A stretch of 64,000 nucleotides of DNA from assembly GCF_964204645.1 (NCBI RefSeq), contig NC_134028.1, forward strand, positions 25,106,345-25,170,344, given 5' to 3'. Every line of letters starts with the position of its first letter. Within the stretch, counting starts at the first letter, position 1. Source of the stretch: Tubulanus polymorphus. Lineage: Eukaryota > Animalia > Nemertea. The position numbers were made by a program, and so were the translations under genes. The notes beneath the pieces were generated by a model that was given only the letters and a program-made list of their open reading frames with translations, did not search any database and was not told the DNA's origin. Positions 27,857 through 40,379 of the stretch are shown here, in pieces.

Positions 27857-29331
27857 ATGAAGTTACTGCTGGTTTTATCGGTGATTTTAAAGGCTATATC
27901 CCACTCTACTGCAGGTCAGTATACGCATCGTCGTCCAGTTATCGCATCAGGTGTATAATTCGTTTCCACTTGAGAGTTTTAAACTGAATAGAACAGGTTT
28001 TTTTTTCAATTACATACCAGTAAAATTGATTAACTTAACATTTCTTCATTTGTACTAAATATTGAAATATACTATATAAGATATCTAATATACCTCAGAC
28101 AATTTACAGAAGAAAAACGACATGATCCACCAGGTCTCCTAAGCCATAATACTGATTTTTTTGAGGGATCGCGTACGGGTAGCAGATTGACACTTGAAAA
28201 TACAAAAGCTAGAAAACAATCTATTTCATTTAGACGACCCGATTTTGGTTTTCTCTTTGGAGAGACATATCTTCAAACCAAAACGGTCGAAAAATACGAA
28301 ACTTTATCAGTCAATATCAACAATGATGCAAATATTGGATCAAATAGTTGGTTGATTGTCAAATTGAACGCGTGAGATCCTCCTCACTGTTCCGTTCAAC
28401 TTGTGTTGCCACGTCGTGCGGCAAACACCTTAAATTGTAATTGGTGAATTTTACTAAAATTCTGGTAGGAAAATCATTCAATTTCTCTGATTCTCAAATC
28501 GGTGAAATATCTACAGCAGCCCCGACGCAACCAAGTTCCCTGATGAGATAAGATTTATTACACTCTAGCCACACTTAGTAGTAGGCCTACATATTATAAT
28601 AAATATAAGGAAAAGAAAATCAACATATTCCATAGAACTCGGTAAACTATTTACAGCAGTCCTAATGCTACCGAGAAGGCGCAGCTAACTAGAGCTAACT
28701 ATTCGATCTGTTATTTTTTTCATCTTTAAATATAGATTGACCCTGTTATTTATTCAATTGGTAGATTTCGTTTGATTTTTTGATTTGGTGTCCCTTACAA
28801 AGCTATACCTACCGGGAGCGAAACGGGGCTTGATTTTGAAATCGGAAATCGAAGTACAGATAAACATATATATGATACATATGCATGATCGGCGTTCGAG
28901 TTTACAGAATTTTTTGTTTTAGCGACATGTCAGGAATGGCAAACGGTCCAGAATGTATATCGAGATCCCAGCAACCGTACTAAGGTATATCGGCAAGCCT
29001 CTTCTCTCGAAGACTGCCAAAATAAGTGCCAAGCTGAGAGTGAGTTCAAATGTTTATCGGTAGAAATCAGTACATATGAAATACATGATTTCTACTATTG
29101 TTATATGTCTATGACGATGACTGCAGATATAAATGAGCTCAAAGGCCCTAATTCATGGATATACTCTTACTGCAAGATTTTTGCGCCAGGTGTGTATATA
29201 CGTCACATAAACAATTCTAATTCAATTTACTATAAAATTGTTATATAGATGAGTATTTTCATCTCAAATACCCAACGATCACGGTTATTGCACAAAATGC
29301 ATTTTATCTCCACGACAAGGAGCGATTCTGA
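27857..29331 (+). CDS. Small secreted PAN/apple-domain protein (possibly truncated or pseudogenising)
   Basis: Signal-peptide exon 27857-27914 (MKLLLVLSVILKAISHSTA); phase-1 exon 28923-29189 ATCQEW...SLEDCQNKCQAESEFKCLSVEI...YYCYMS...YSYCK (six-Cys PAN pattern); exon 29249-29331 ends in TGA. Not in the supplied ORF track. Confidence 0.7.
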
Positions 29332-31701
29332 AATAACGAACAAGCGTTTTTGGCAAGAGAAAACAGGTATGTAAAATAGCAAGGGAACCCTATTTCGCGG
29401 AGGTTATGTCGTAAAAAAACAATCACGTTAATTTTCAGGTAAGATTATTAGGTAGGTTGGTGTAATCTATCATCTAATGTCCTATAGCTGGTCTTCAGTT
29501 GTTAGAATGTCCATTCAACCAAAATGACATTAAACTGGTCATGTACGTTATGTAAGCCCTCTGCATAAATGGTCTTGAATGTAAGATTGGCCCTTTTGTT
29601 TTTGCTGTCGACCGGTGGTGACAATCAGCATCAATTAAACTGGCCCCGGGGATTAATCCTGGCGTAAATGAAAATGGTTTTAACGACTGCGAGACCCGCA
29701 TCCCAATGGAGCGAGTAACCGGGAGTTGCTGCTCTTAAAATTGTGAATAATTCAACGAAAACAGATAAATCAAACGCTGAAATTGTAATGAGCCTAGAAT
29801 AAAATGCATGGCGGTGGCACGAAGCCTATATTAGTTTATTGCGTAGTTTGAGCATTTAAATGCAAAACAACTTACATTATCGCGGCACCGCCCCTCATCC
29901 ATTCTCAGGCCTACTTGCATCGAGTCAATTAAAAAAGGTTTATTTAAATTTGCAAATAATCTTCCGCTGTTTCATTCTACCCGCGTGTGTATCAGTAAGC
30001 TTTACTTACTAGACCGAAGAAAGTGCATAATACGGTGTCAAAACCAGCATTAAAATCCTAGTGCCAACAGCAAGACTTACGTCATCCGGAAATTTGTTTC
30101 GTGACTCTGGCTCTCCAAAACACAGAAAGTACTCCGTATTTCAGAGAAACGCGTACAGAAACGAAACAAGCCAGGGAAAAAACGATGCTGTTAGAGTCTT
30201 CTGTGTGTACTGTGCTTTGGGGGCAGAATTCACCTTCTAGATCCAGCAAAGAATACATGCATTTTGAGGATGATTGTGCTGGATCAATAGAACGTATATT
30301 CCGATTAATTGAATATAAATACAATATTTGGTCACGATAGCCGGTGGTGAATAGCCGCCCCATGACCGGTGTCACAGAATTAGATCCTCCCCGATGTCAG
30401 ATGCCCCCACCAACGATAGAGTGGTTGCATCTGAGGCAGGCTGGTCGAGAGTGGGACTGCTGACCCTAACCTTTAGTTCTGAGATCTATTGTAAGGGGCA
30501 TGACATTCTATGACAACGGTCCCAACTCCCTGGTTCGGCCATTTTAAATAATCGGCTATCTTGAAACGAGAGACAAACATATCATTCGGATTCGTAATTA
30601 ATGATAATGATAAAATAGAAACTTCAGAGATCTAGGATCTAGATCACTTATCTTAAAGGTTTTACTCTATTACACCCTGCGATGAAAATTGCAATTCTCT
30701 AATGCAGCGTGCTGTCAACCCCTATATATAGGACTCTCTGAAAATTGATATCCATAAAAGTTGTTGGTCTGTGTACATTTGAAACAAAACCACCAACGTG
30801 AAATGTTTAATTTCTATGTACATCCCCGCTACCAATCCACAAGTTTCCGTAATAGTGACGTATATTTCAATCGACGCCATCGACAGGTTTTTTGTGTTTT
30901 TTCCCTCGGGTATTTTTGAAGTTATGATAGCATCAGATACGCGCGGTCAGTCTGAGGAATGATTTGAAAGAACGCTGAACAGGCTGATCGCTGATCGCTG
31001 ATTGCTGATTGCTGATCGCAGTTTGATCCATGATTTGTGTCGTGGAAAATTTACACCACGTGGTCCACCCGTAGCAACTGCTCCAAGTATTATAGATTTC
31101 AACATTTGTCGTAAACAAAAGCAACTCATTTCATATATTTGTCTATTAATTAGAACACTTTAATGTCATTTCAGAAAACAAAAAAAAAAACGTTAACAAT
31201 TTCGTTTGTAATGGTTATTCGGTTACTTTCTTTTTCTTCAATCGTTTACAACAACATTGATAAAGTTAAGAAAATATAAATGTCAAGATATATGTAGAAA
31301 GATTATCAAATATCTATATGTATATATTGTTGAGACAAGTAACAAACTTGGAAAAAAAACCAAAAAAAACAAGACAAAAATGGAAAAATTGTGCTAACAG
31401 AAAATATGAATAATAAAAAACAATATTCACACCTGGCGAAATATAAACTATATACAAGCATATAGATTAATTGCTTTATTGATAATGGATTGATTGGGGC
31501 CAAACTCCAAGTAAGAATCTCATTCAACAGTTTTCGGTGGGAATTTGAGTCTGTGTCAGAACATTTGTAATCTATCGAACCATGCTTGACCAACGACTGT
31601 GAAACAACATGGCTTGGGTTTGAAAATCTGTCACCAAAAGACTTTACTTCGAACATGAGAATTGACGCGCTATGTTTGTCTTTTCTTTCTTAGTAAACTA
31701 A

Positions 31702-32007
31702 AGCTAAGCATACATCGACAAAGCGACTGGAGACAACTAGTTGCTAGTGAGCGAAGTTACAACCATGTGTTGTTGATTATGGAGCGCTCACATCGACGGA
31801 TATGACAGCAACTGAGTACAACTAGTTGCTCAAAAGTAGAACATGAGCAACTGGGTGGAATTGGAGATAGATGGACGCTAACCAGTCGTAAGCTCGCTCA
31901 CATCGACAAATTCGAGCAACTGATTGTATCCAGCCAGTTGCTCTCATGCGCCGAAAACTGCCTGGCAACTAGTTGTCTCCAATCGCAGTGTCGACGTGCG
32001 CTAGGCT
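31702..32007. mobile_element. PIF/Harbinger-like MITE
   Basis: TIRs agctaagcatacatcgac...ggagacaactagttgc / gcaactagttgtctcc...gtcgacgtgcgctaggct; TAA TSD at 31699-31701 and 32008-32010. Confidence 0.8.
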
Positions 32008-33664
32008 TAAGAGGCATCGAAGTGTAGCATCGAATTATATAACATATTCAGCAAACCTCATATTACATTGTCAACTCGGACTTTCGAAACTCTGGCAAAA
32101 ACAAATCAAATCAACTTTGTGCCATGCTAATGCATTTTTCTATTCTTAACTGGGACTTACGCGCGGTTACTTCGGTCCAAGTTGGTCCGAGTTAGGCGAG
32201 GTTTACCGCCATATAACATACGTCGTGTTTATGCATCGTGTCTGAAATGATTTATGCGTTTTAACGTGTACTCGATTGATTGAATAGTCTTTAACTTCGA
32301 GAACGCGTGCAAAAATATCTAAATATCAACTTTGGCCCGTACCAACCCGTTACACCGATGGAATAGTAGCACGTGCTTTGAAATCATGGACGGAAAAAAG
32401 ATTATGTTTTTAACTACTAAAGACACCCGGTTTTGTGGAGATACTCTGGTGTTCTAATGAAAAAACTTCGGGCCATAATCCGAAGATAGATTCGCTATAT
32501 TTCACCATACTTATGATTGAAATCATTCGTTTGACTTTGACAATAGCAAAACATATTCGAATTGTCAAAGAACTGTTCATTTCAGTTTAATTCCCTTCAA
32601 ACGAAATTTATTCTCTGATATATCAGTTGATATCGCTTTGTTAGAGGTTGCTATTGTGACGTCGTGACTACTAAACTTGTAACTTATAAAACCGACAATT
32701 CATAAAATAAACAATTGCTGTTAATCTTTAGTATTGCGTGGTTTGGTTTTATTCTCGGATATACTAGTCGGGTGCTTCGAAGGGACCAGTTTCATAAAAA
32801 GGATAACATATAACTTGGAATATTAGCATTCACTGAGAACCTTAGTGTCTGTGGTATATCGCTATCGCAACCCCTGATCGCCTGATGTCACGCCCTGTAC
32901 CCGTGCGGCCGACAGATGGTTTTATATTTCGAACCATGATCGAATCTTTCATACGAACCGCATCTGTTTCCAATATTACATTAAAATAACGTCAAAATGT
33001 AGACATCAATTTGCAGCCAAATGATCAATTCATTTTGACGATTACCATATTTAACGCGTGAAGTTGAAAATGTGCAGATCGAGTGTCTGATATCTGGGAC
33101 TGGTGCCGCAGTTTCAAGGTCGTAGTGCTGGACACATGTCATATGCAGACGATCAGTTTTCAAAAATTAGCTGATGAAACACCGCAATAGCTCATCAACT
33201 GATGAAAATCACGATGCTGTACAATTCATTTTCAATATAGAAATATCGAGGGATAATCCTGAACACACGTGATTCCTAATCGGATAGAAATTGGACGACG
33301 TTGGTGCCATGCACACAGGCTGCAGATACAGAAGTGCAAAATCATTTCTAAAGAATTTCAGATTTCGATTTGGAAGTACTGATACGAACCGCGAAAGAAC
33401 ATACCCGTACCGTACATATACATATGTATGCTTTTATAGAATATTAATGCATCCATGCATTGTTAGATATAAAATTCATTATATAATACATAGACCAGCT
33501 GTTTATATCAATCATATACTTATAGCTTTGAATTCAGCGTTTAATCGAAAATCCGTGTAACCGAAGTTTTAATGCAGAGTTTCCTAAGCAAAAATTGAAG
33601 CAGGCTTTCACAACGCTATTCGAGTCATAACAACGGGACTAAAAACATTCAATTATATATACAT

Positions 33665-34095
33665 GAGATTTTGAACTTGATGGCATCGAGACGGCGAGAT
33701 TGGCGTTAGACCCAATCAGACTTCACTCCGTATATCAGCAACGCTATTTCCGATCGGCTTATGTCGATATCAATATGTACACGTTGAAGGTGAATCTATA
33801 GGAGTCATGCTTGTCGGTCGGGCGGATCCAGCCGGCCTTCACCTAAGGACCTTTCCAAATAATTTCTTTTGAGGCAAAGGACATTCATTCTGACTGGAAA
33901 AATACCCTTTCCAAAATTGCGTCTTTCTTCTACGGACATTAATAATAATTTTATAATAATTTTATTTACATTCGAGATAGTGCCCTTTTTGACTAAGTCT
34001 GACGAGGGCACTCACGTACAGGATGTATCATAAACCCTCTATATCCGTCCATCGATGCCATCAAATTCCAATTCCAGTCGAAGAAGGATCTATGG
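33665..34095. mobile_element. Degenerate copy of inverted-repeat element with B-box-like arms
   Basis: Arms gaacttgatggcatcgagacggc / tcgatgccatcaaattcc are homologous to the arms of 57260-57607. Confidence 0.55.
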
Positions 34096-34192
34096 ATCAT
34101 CATCTGGCAAAAAGAGTCCACGATTTAAGGCACCACACGCAGATTACGATATCCGGTGTCTGAAGTTCACAGCACCGCCCCCTAACGAGTCG

Positions 34193-37100
34193 CTACAGAA
34201 TTATCTTCGATTTCTCGATTCGCATTGTACGCGCCAATCCGGCCCAACTCATGAACGATATAATTAGAAACGCGGCTCCCACCCAGCCCATAGCTACGGA
34301 CCAGCCGACCTCAGCTATCCGAGCCGAACAGGCCGCGGGAGGGTCGTCGTTTAGGTTATAGCATCGTTTCGTGATGTAATCGGCGATTTTAGCGTGCGTT
34401 ATCGTCAATCCGAATATCATAAAACAAGCTAGAAAAATAGAACAAGAAAATTAGTTTATTTGCGTGGCTTATACTTGCGAGTGAAAATACGAAAGGTGGA
34501 GTTCGTGTAAGACGGGAGCTTTGTATGAGTCTGATTCGCACTTTACAGTCTAAAGTTAACTCGTTGGAAATGAACTATAAATTTCAACTCAGAATCAACT
34601 CTCAACTCACAACCTGTGGAACTGCATCCAGCTTTACAAAGCTGGGTAAGCATTTGTTGCCATTGACAACTTTCTTGTTTTCGATAACTTCAATCGCGAT
34701 TGATATGAATCCTGATTAGTTTATGAAACCGGGTCCTGAGGGAGCTATAAGTTATCTGAATGGTCCCCATTGTCGTCGGGTACTGGGGTATAGTTCACAG
34801 CTATTCGCGACGACCAGCGTGTCAATAAGCTCCACGCTGAAATATTACACGATGAAACAATAGCGAAACCAATATCAGCAGAAATTTTCCATGGATCAGG
34901 ATTCTCTGAATTTCTTTAATTGAGCTTATTAATTTGATTGATAATATAACCACCCGCCTGCGGAGTGAATCGATCCTGATGCATCCTCGCTTGCCAGGGC
35001 TTGATTGCCACACAAGGCTTGTATGGCAATCAGGCCCTGGGTTGCGGCCAGGGCTTGGCAAGCCCAAGATTTCTTGGGCGGACAGGTTGCCGCTTAGCTG
35101 CGTATCCCCCAGTTGATACAGCTATTACCGAAGAGCCCGCATACCTATTATAGACCATGACAATGATGCCATCAGGTTCGAATGCCCTTTTTTACAACAA
35201 TGACTTCATCCAAAATTCTTCTGGATAGATTATGGAAGTTGCTACGAAAAGGACATTGCCGGGTAGACCACGCTACACCGTTTCGAATAGGGTTCGAATC
35301 CTCTTGCCAAAGCAAAACGCTACTAACCTGCTAACATGTACATAACAGCAGTGACAGTACAGACAGCCACTTGTTTACAAACGATTGATAAAATGCCAGT
35401 CATTTTAGCGGTAATCACTGATATTATACAAACAATCACACAAGATGCCGCCGAATTTTGCATTCCTATAAAACATAAAATGAAAATAACAAAGTTAACA
35501 AAGGTAATGGTTTGGGACGCGTTGAGGCAGTAGGGATTACCCCTAATTCCTAAGCCATGTGTGGATGGAGTCAATGAAATTATCTGAATTAGTAATGATG
35601 AATATATTATTTGTATATAATGACTTTTTATCCATACAGTGTTTCCATGAGAACGACACCGTCATCATTAATATACTAATGGCGGCGTGCGTGACATGTT
35701 TATGTTTATGGCTGACGGACTGTTAGTTATTTCGGCGGTGAGGGAGAGGGGAAGAGGGGTCCAGAGTAGAAGAGCGGGAGGTGGACCTGCGGGGAGTTTA
35801 GGGGAAGCTGAGAGGAGATGGAGAGGCAGAGCAATAGGAAATACATATCCTAATGTACAGCCATCAAATATAAAAGCTATCGATTGGACCAGTGAAAGGA
35901 AACCTCAGCGCAAACAAATAAACTCAGATCAAATCGCCGTAGAAAGAGTCGTAAAGGAAATCTACTTATTGAATGGAGTACACCTATGTATAATAAATCT
36001 AATGGTACGATATTTGATGCAACAGTAAACCTTGTCTTACTCGGACATGGCTAACTCTTTTGACTAACGAACAGTTGAAAAAAAAACAAAATCAACGTAT
36101 TCTCCTAATCTTAAAACCCTTTCAGTGCTGACTAATTAATACCCTATAGCGCTGGAGAAAATTTGAAAATTCTAAAAAATTCCACCCTAGTGTGTTGAAC
36201 AATGGGAATACCACTATAGCGCGTCTACACCGCAGTGCGGTGTATCGTTAGTTACTAGTATTTCACTATGTTTGACACTTTCTGCCATTTTTCAATAGAG
36301 ATAATTACAAATTACTAATTACATCAATACACCGCAGTGCAGTGTACTAGCAAAATCCATCACAGATTTATACACCGCACTGCGGTGTAGACGCACTGAA
36401 AGGGTTAACTCGGACAAAATTTGCCGGTGCCAGTTGCTCTGAGTTAGGCAAGGTCTTCTGTATTTTTGCTATATCCCGCATTCGTCTGATTTCGAAAGCG
36501 CTAATGACGATACTATGTATCGCCATTATATAATATATACTCACGTATTAACCATCGGCCTTTGTCGTTGAATCGCAGATCGATTTGGCCGAGGTAATCG
36601 TGGATGTAAGTGAAACATTGGTTCATTTTGTTCCACGAATTATTACGGATTCCATCTCTGAGCTCCGCTGGAAATAGACGAACGAGCTAACGTATAACCT
36701 GTAGCATTTCGATTACGATAAAAAAAAACCACACAAAAATACAGTAATGAAATTAACGAGACAATTTTCAAATTAGAGAATGAAATCGAAGAATGGAAAA
36801 AATGATATCTCATTTGAGATATAATCTTATATAAATAATGTATTGAATTGTGTTTGTTATTCAGTAAGATCCTAATCAACCAATAAAATTAGCATTTTTA
36901 TATCCACCAATCTAACTTGATTTAACATTATCGTGTTTTCGTAAGCCATATACACAGTATAATGAATAATCGATGCTATGTTAATCAAGATGATATAGTT
37001 ACGATGGATTGGTGCTAACGAACGGGCTATGCTTACAATGAAGGCTGCGGGCATTGAACCCCATGTGACATGTGGCACACAATTATAGTTGCAATAGCTG

Positions 37101-40100
37101 TCAACCTATTTTCGTTTTAGCTATTTATGGAATTGGACTCTGTAACCCTTTTATTCCGTATTTATCGGTTATTGATTCTCGACGTTATTGACGACACTTT
37201 AACGACTCGTTATTGTTTATACAGTCGAACCCAGTAAATACGAATCAGTTTACTTCATAACGAAACGATGATTTCCTGATTTCCCGGTTGAGGTAACTGC
37301 ATCAATCCCCGACACAAAAAAATCCGTGTAGTATGATGATTTTGGTGCCCACAGGATTTGTAATAGTCAGGTTCCTCTGTAATACCCGGGGCGGATCCAA
37401 TGGAGATCTCCTCCCCCTTCCCCCAATCCGTGTTCAAAAATTTTCTGATAGTGCATTTTTCATTGAAATAATTTGAAAAAAATGTATCTGGGAAAACACT
37501 GCGCTTGACCCCCCTCTGATCAAATCTTCTGGATCCACCTCCGAATACCGTAGTATGCGACACTAACAGACCTGGATCCAAATCAGTTCCACAAGTTTTC
37601 GTTGAGCTTAGTTTCATTCCAATAGTTCATTTCCAAATTCAAATGCAAGGAGATTCAATGCTTCAAGCCTTGTTTCAATTCGTAGCCGAGAACTATGGAG
37701 ATGCAAGCAGACAGCGGCGGACGGATGGTCGTCGTGACATAAACTAATCAATCAAAACCGTTACAAAATGTTTTAGATACTTATATACTACTGTCTGAGA
37801 TAAGATTCGGAAGAATTTATACGGATAGGTGCATAACCTACGTACGTATATGGATTTCCCCATACCGCGATTAAGAGAGAGATAATAAGACAACCCATTC
37901 ATAATGAATTTCTTACGTGCTGAATTCACGCTAATCATCTCCCGTATAGAGAATCCAATCCAGATTACGTATTTACACGAACCTTATACGAGTCGGTGAT
38001 GAGAGGATAGAACAACCCGTTACAACTCGAAATACAGGAATAGTAGAACGATAACCACACTTAGACGTGTTGAACGGATAATAAGATAAACCCACTATCT
38101 ACAGATTAGAATAATTTAAAAACAAGAATTTATTTATTCAATCTAAAATATATATAAGACACCTGACGATGATCTCTAGGGTGAGAACGAAAGGTCGTGT
38201 CTTATATATATTTTCTTTTAAATCTTTTAAACTGTAGATAGTGGGTTTTTATCTTATTACAGGGATAGTTTTTTTACTCGTTGTATCCGTTTCTACCCAG
38301 CGCGTACATGCACATAGAATTCCTGGGATAGTAGACCTAAAACGTACTAAATTTCGAGCCTAATGATTGATTTGATACACTTCCACGCTAGGCCTGCGGC
38401 GTATTTCGTTACGTAGGTAGGATCGAGTCGTTAAACAAGAGGGAGGGCGATGTGCCGAGCACTTTTGAGCAGAATGCTTCTCTTCAATCTGTTAATTATC
38501 CACATTTGAGAGCAGAGCGCTAATAGAGTTCGTACACGTCAGAATAAATGAAGCCAAGTCTGCTTGAACGAGCGCAATTATTTCTACTCGTTGACGCTGT
38601 TTAAATTGTCGATCCTTCTTACGTCAAAAACTCATTTGTATTTCGAACGCACGATTGAAGGAGTCACGGTAAAATGACAAGGTTCATTTGCATTTCTCAG
38701 TCTGAAAATACTTTGATACGGCAAGAAATCTATTTCGAATGATCGCAGACGACACTCAATCGATGAGCGGCGCCGATACGAAAATATCGGTTCAATAAAT
38801 CGAACCCGTCGTCGTCGTCCATTGTGGCGCGCTATAACCGCATACATCGCTCGAATTAGAGTAGAACATTTTCGGAAAAATCCATTAGTAGAAAAAATAT
38901 GTCACACTGTTTAGACTTGTGTTAAGACGTTCAGTTTCAAATCGTCGGTTGAGGAAGACTCTGGCAACAGTCAGTTGATGAATATAGCGATTGCATTATT
39001 GTGCACGAAACAAAATTAAAGGACGAGCCTGCAGTGTATGCGGAGGTAGGCGGGGTCTAGAAGTGGAACTTAAACCCCTCATTGTAACAGGACTTAGAAT
39101 CCAGCGCTATGTTTTTTGTTTTTACCGAGGCCCCAGATAATTCCAAATCAAAAAAAAATTTTGTGGAATATCTAATAGTTTTTTCACTAATTTGTGCTTA
39201 AAGCGATACTGTTGCAGTTTTTCGTAGCGAACTTTCTCTTATAGTTTCTCTTACGGATGTAGATGGTTCATAATAACAGCGCTTGTGGACAGACGACTCG
39301 AGTCAAAAAACAGCACGCGATTTAGATGTATACATTGTTGGGTGTAACTAGAAGGGCGTGTCGCAGGCAAAAACCATTAACCGCGAGCTTTTCATATGAT
39401 TGCAAACAACATTTACACAGATATATTGACTGAACTCAGATAAATGATTATCAGAGCGATATCGGTAATTCTATACCTGAACCTGCCTGACAAGTACAGC
39501 CGTGTTTGACGCGATTCGTGTTGGGCGGTACGCGGGGGTTTCCCACCACCATTTGGCAAAAACGTTTCTATATGGGTTGGTTCCCAAAATTGGTCTATTA
39601 AATCTTAAGACTGCATGGTCTTAATAAGTTGTATGACTAGCTATAGAATTATGTAAAACAGTCTTGGGCTTGTCTTTTCTAAGCCATCACTGGAGCCCCT
39701 GGATCATGAACGTGAATTTTAGTTTACTCGGCCTTACTCGGTACAGGTGATCTTTACTAGAAACATATTTGGTAAAACCTTCGATTTCTCGATTTTCAAC
39801 TCGGTGAAACATTTACAGTCCAAACGCTACCGAGTGCGACGGAGTTCACGGTAAGCGTACAACATATCTCTTAATTGTGTATATCCCCATTCAAATGAAT
39901 TAAGGCTCCCCTATAATAAGGTATCCACGCAATCCAGAGAGATTCTAATGAGAACTCAGATTTGTACAAGTGGGAAGACACCGAAAAGAAGACAGTGATA
40001 TGTAGGGTGTGTTAGGGCTGGCAACTGTTGCACCAGTTAGGCTCTGGATGACATACTAACCAGGTAATGTATCACAAATCTTCCAGATTCCACCCGATAT

Positions 40101-40379
40101 CGGAAACATCGTGTACGCGTTACTAACTTTATGGCTCATATTACCGATTCTATAAACGGTGACATTGGTCACCGTAAAAACCTGAAATTCCGGATAATAG
40201 TTCGTGTAACAAGTCATCGTCGATGTGTTCTGATAAATCAGTTTTAGTTTCTGTATATCCCAGTTCAACGTCTCCCACGAAGTCGTCGATATGGCCACGA
40301 TTACGCAAATCGTAGCCATCAACGAAAAGAAAATAGCATTCGCCAAAACTAGAACGATAGGTACACCCATATCTCTCAT
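34193..40379 (-). CDS. Claudin/PMP22/EMP-superfamily four-pass membrane protein (TMEM178/TMEM114/TMEM235-like), 4 exons
   Basis: Exons 40379-40061,36667-36545,35465-35328,34428-34193; TM1 followed by W...GGIWKIC...C signature, MQNSAASC before TM2, GWS before TM4. Confidence 0.85.
36023..36460. mobile_element. Tc1/mariner-like MITE hosting a nested piggyBac-like MITE
   Basis: cagtaaaccttgtcttactcggac ... tctgagttaggcaaggtcttctg|ta; related copies start at ~10345 and lie at ~32049-32208. Confidence 0.6.
36117..36404. mobile_element. piggyBac-like MITE (288 bp), copy 1
   Basis: TIR ccctttcagtgc/gcactgaaaggg, right flank TTAA; near-identical to 53151-53438. Confidence 0.9.
38053..38259. mobile_element. 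Palindromic Penelope-like non-autonomous element with a central hammerhead motif
   Basis: Arms taataagataaacccactatctacag / ctgtagatagtgggtttttatcttatta; centre aagacac-CTGACGA-T-gatctc tagggt gagaac-GAAA-G-GTC-gtgtctt; homologous to 44752-45027. Confidence 0.75.

Noticed and set aside
29329-29331. Selenocysteine readthrough of the PAN gene TGA
   Set aside because: No SECIS recognised, and readthrough does not restore the downstream PAN frame.
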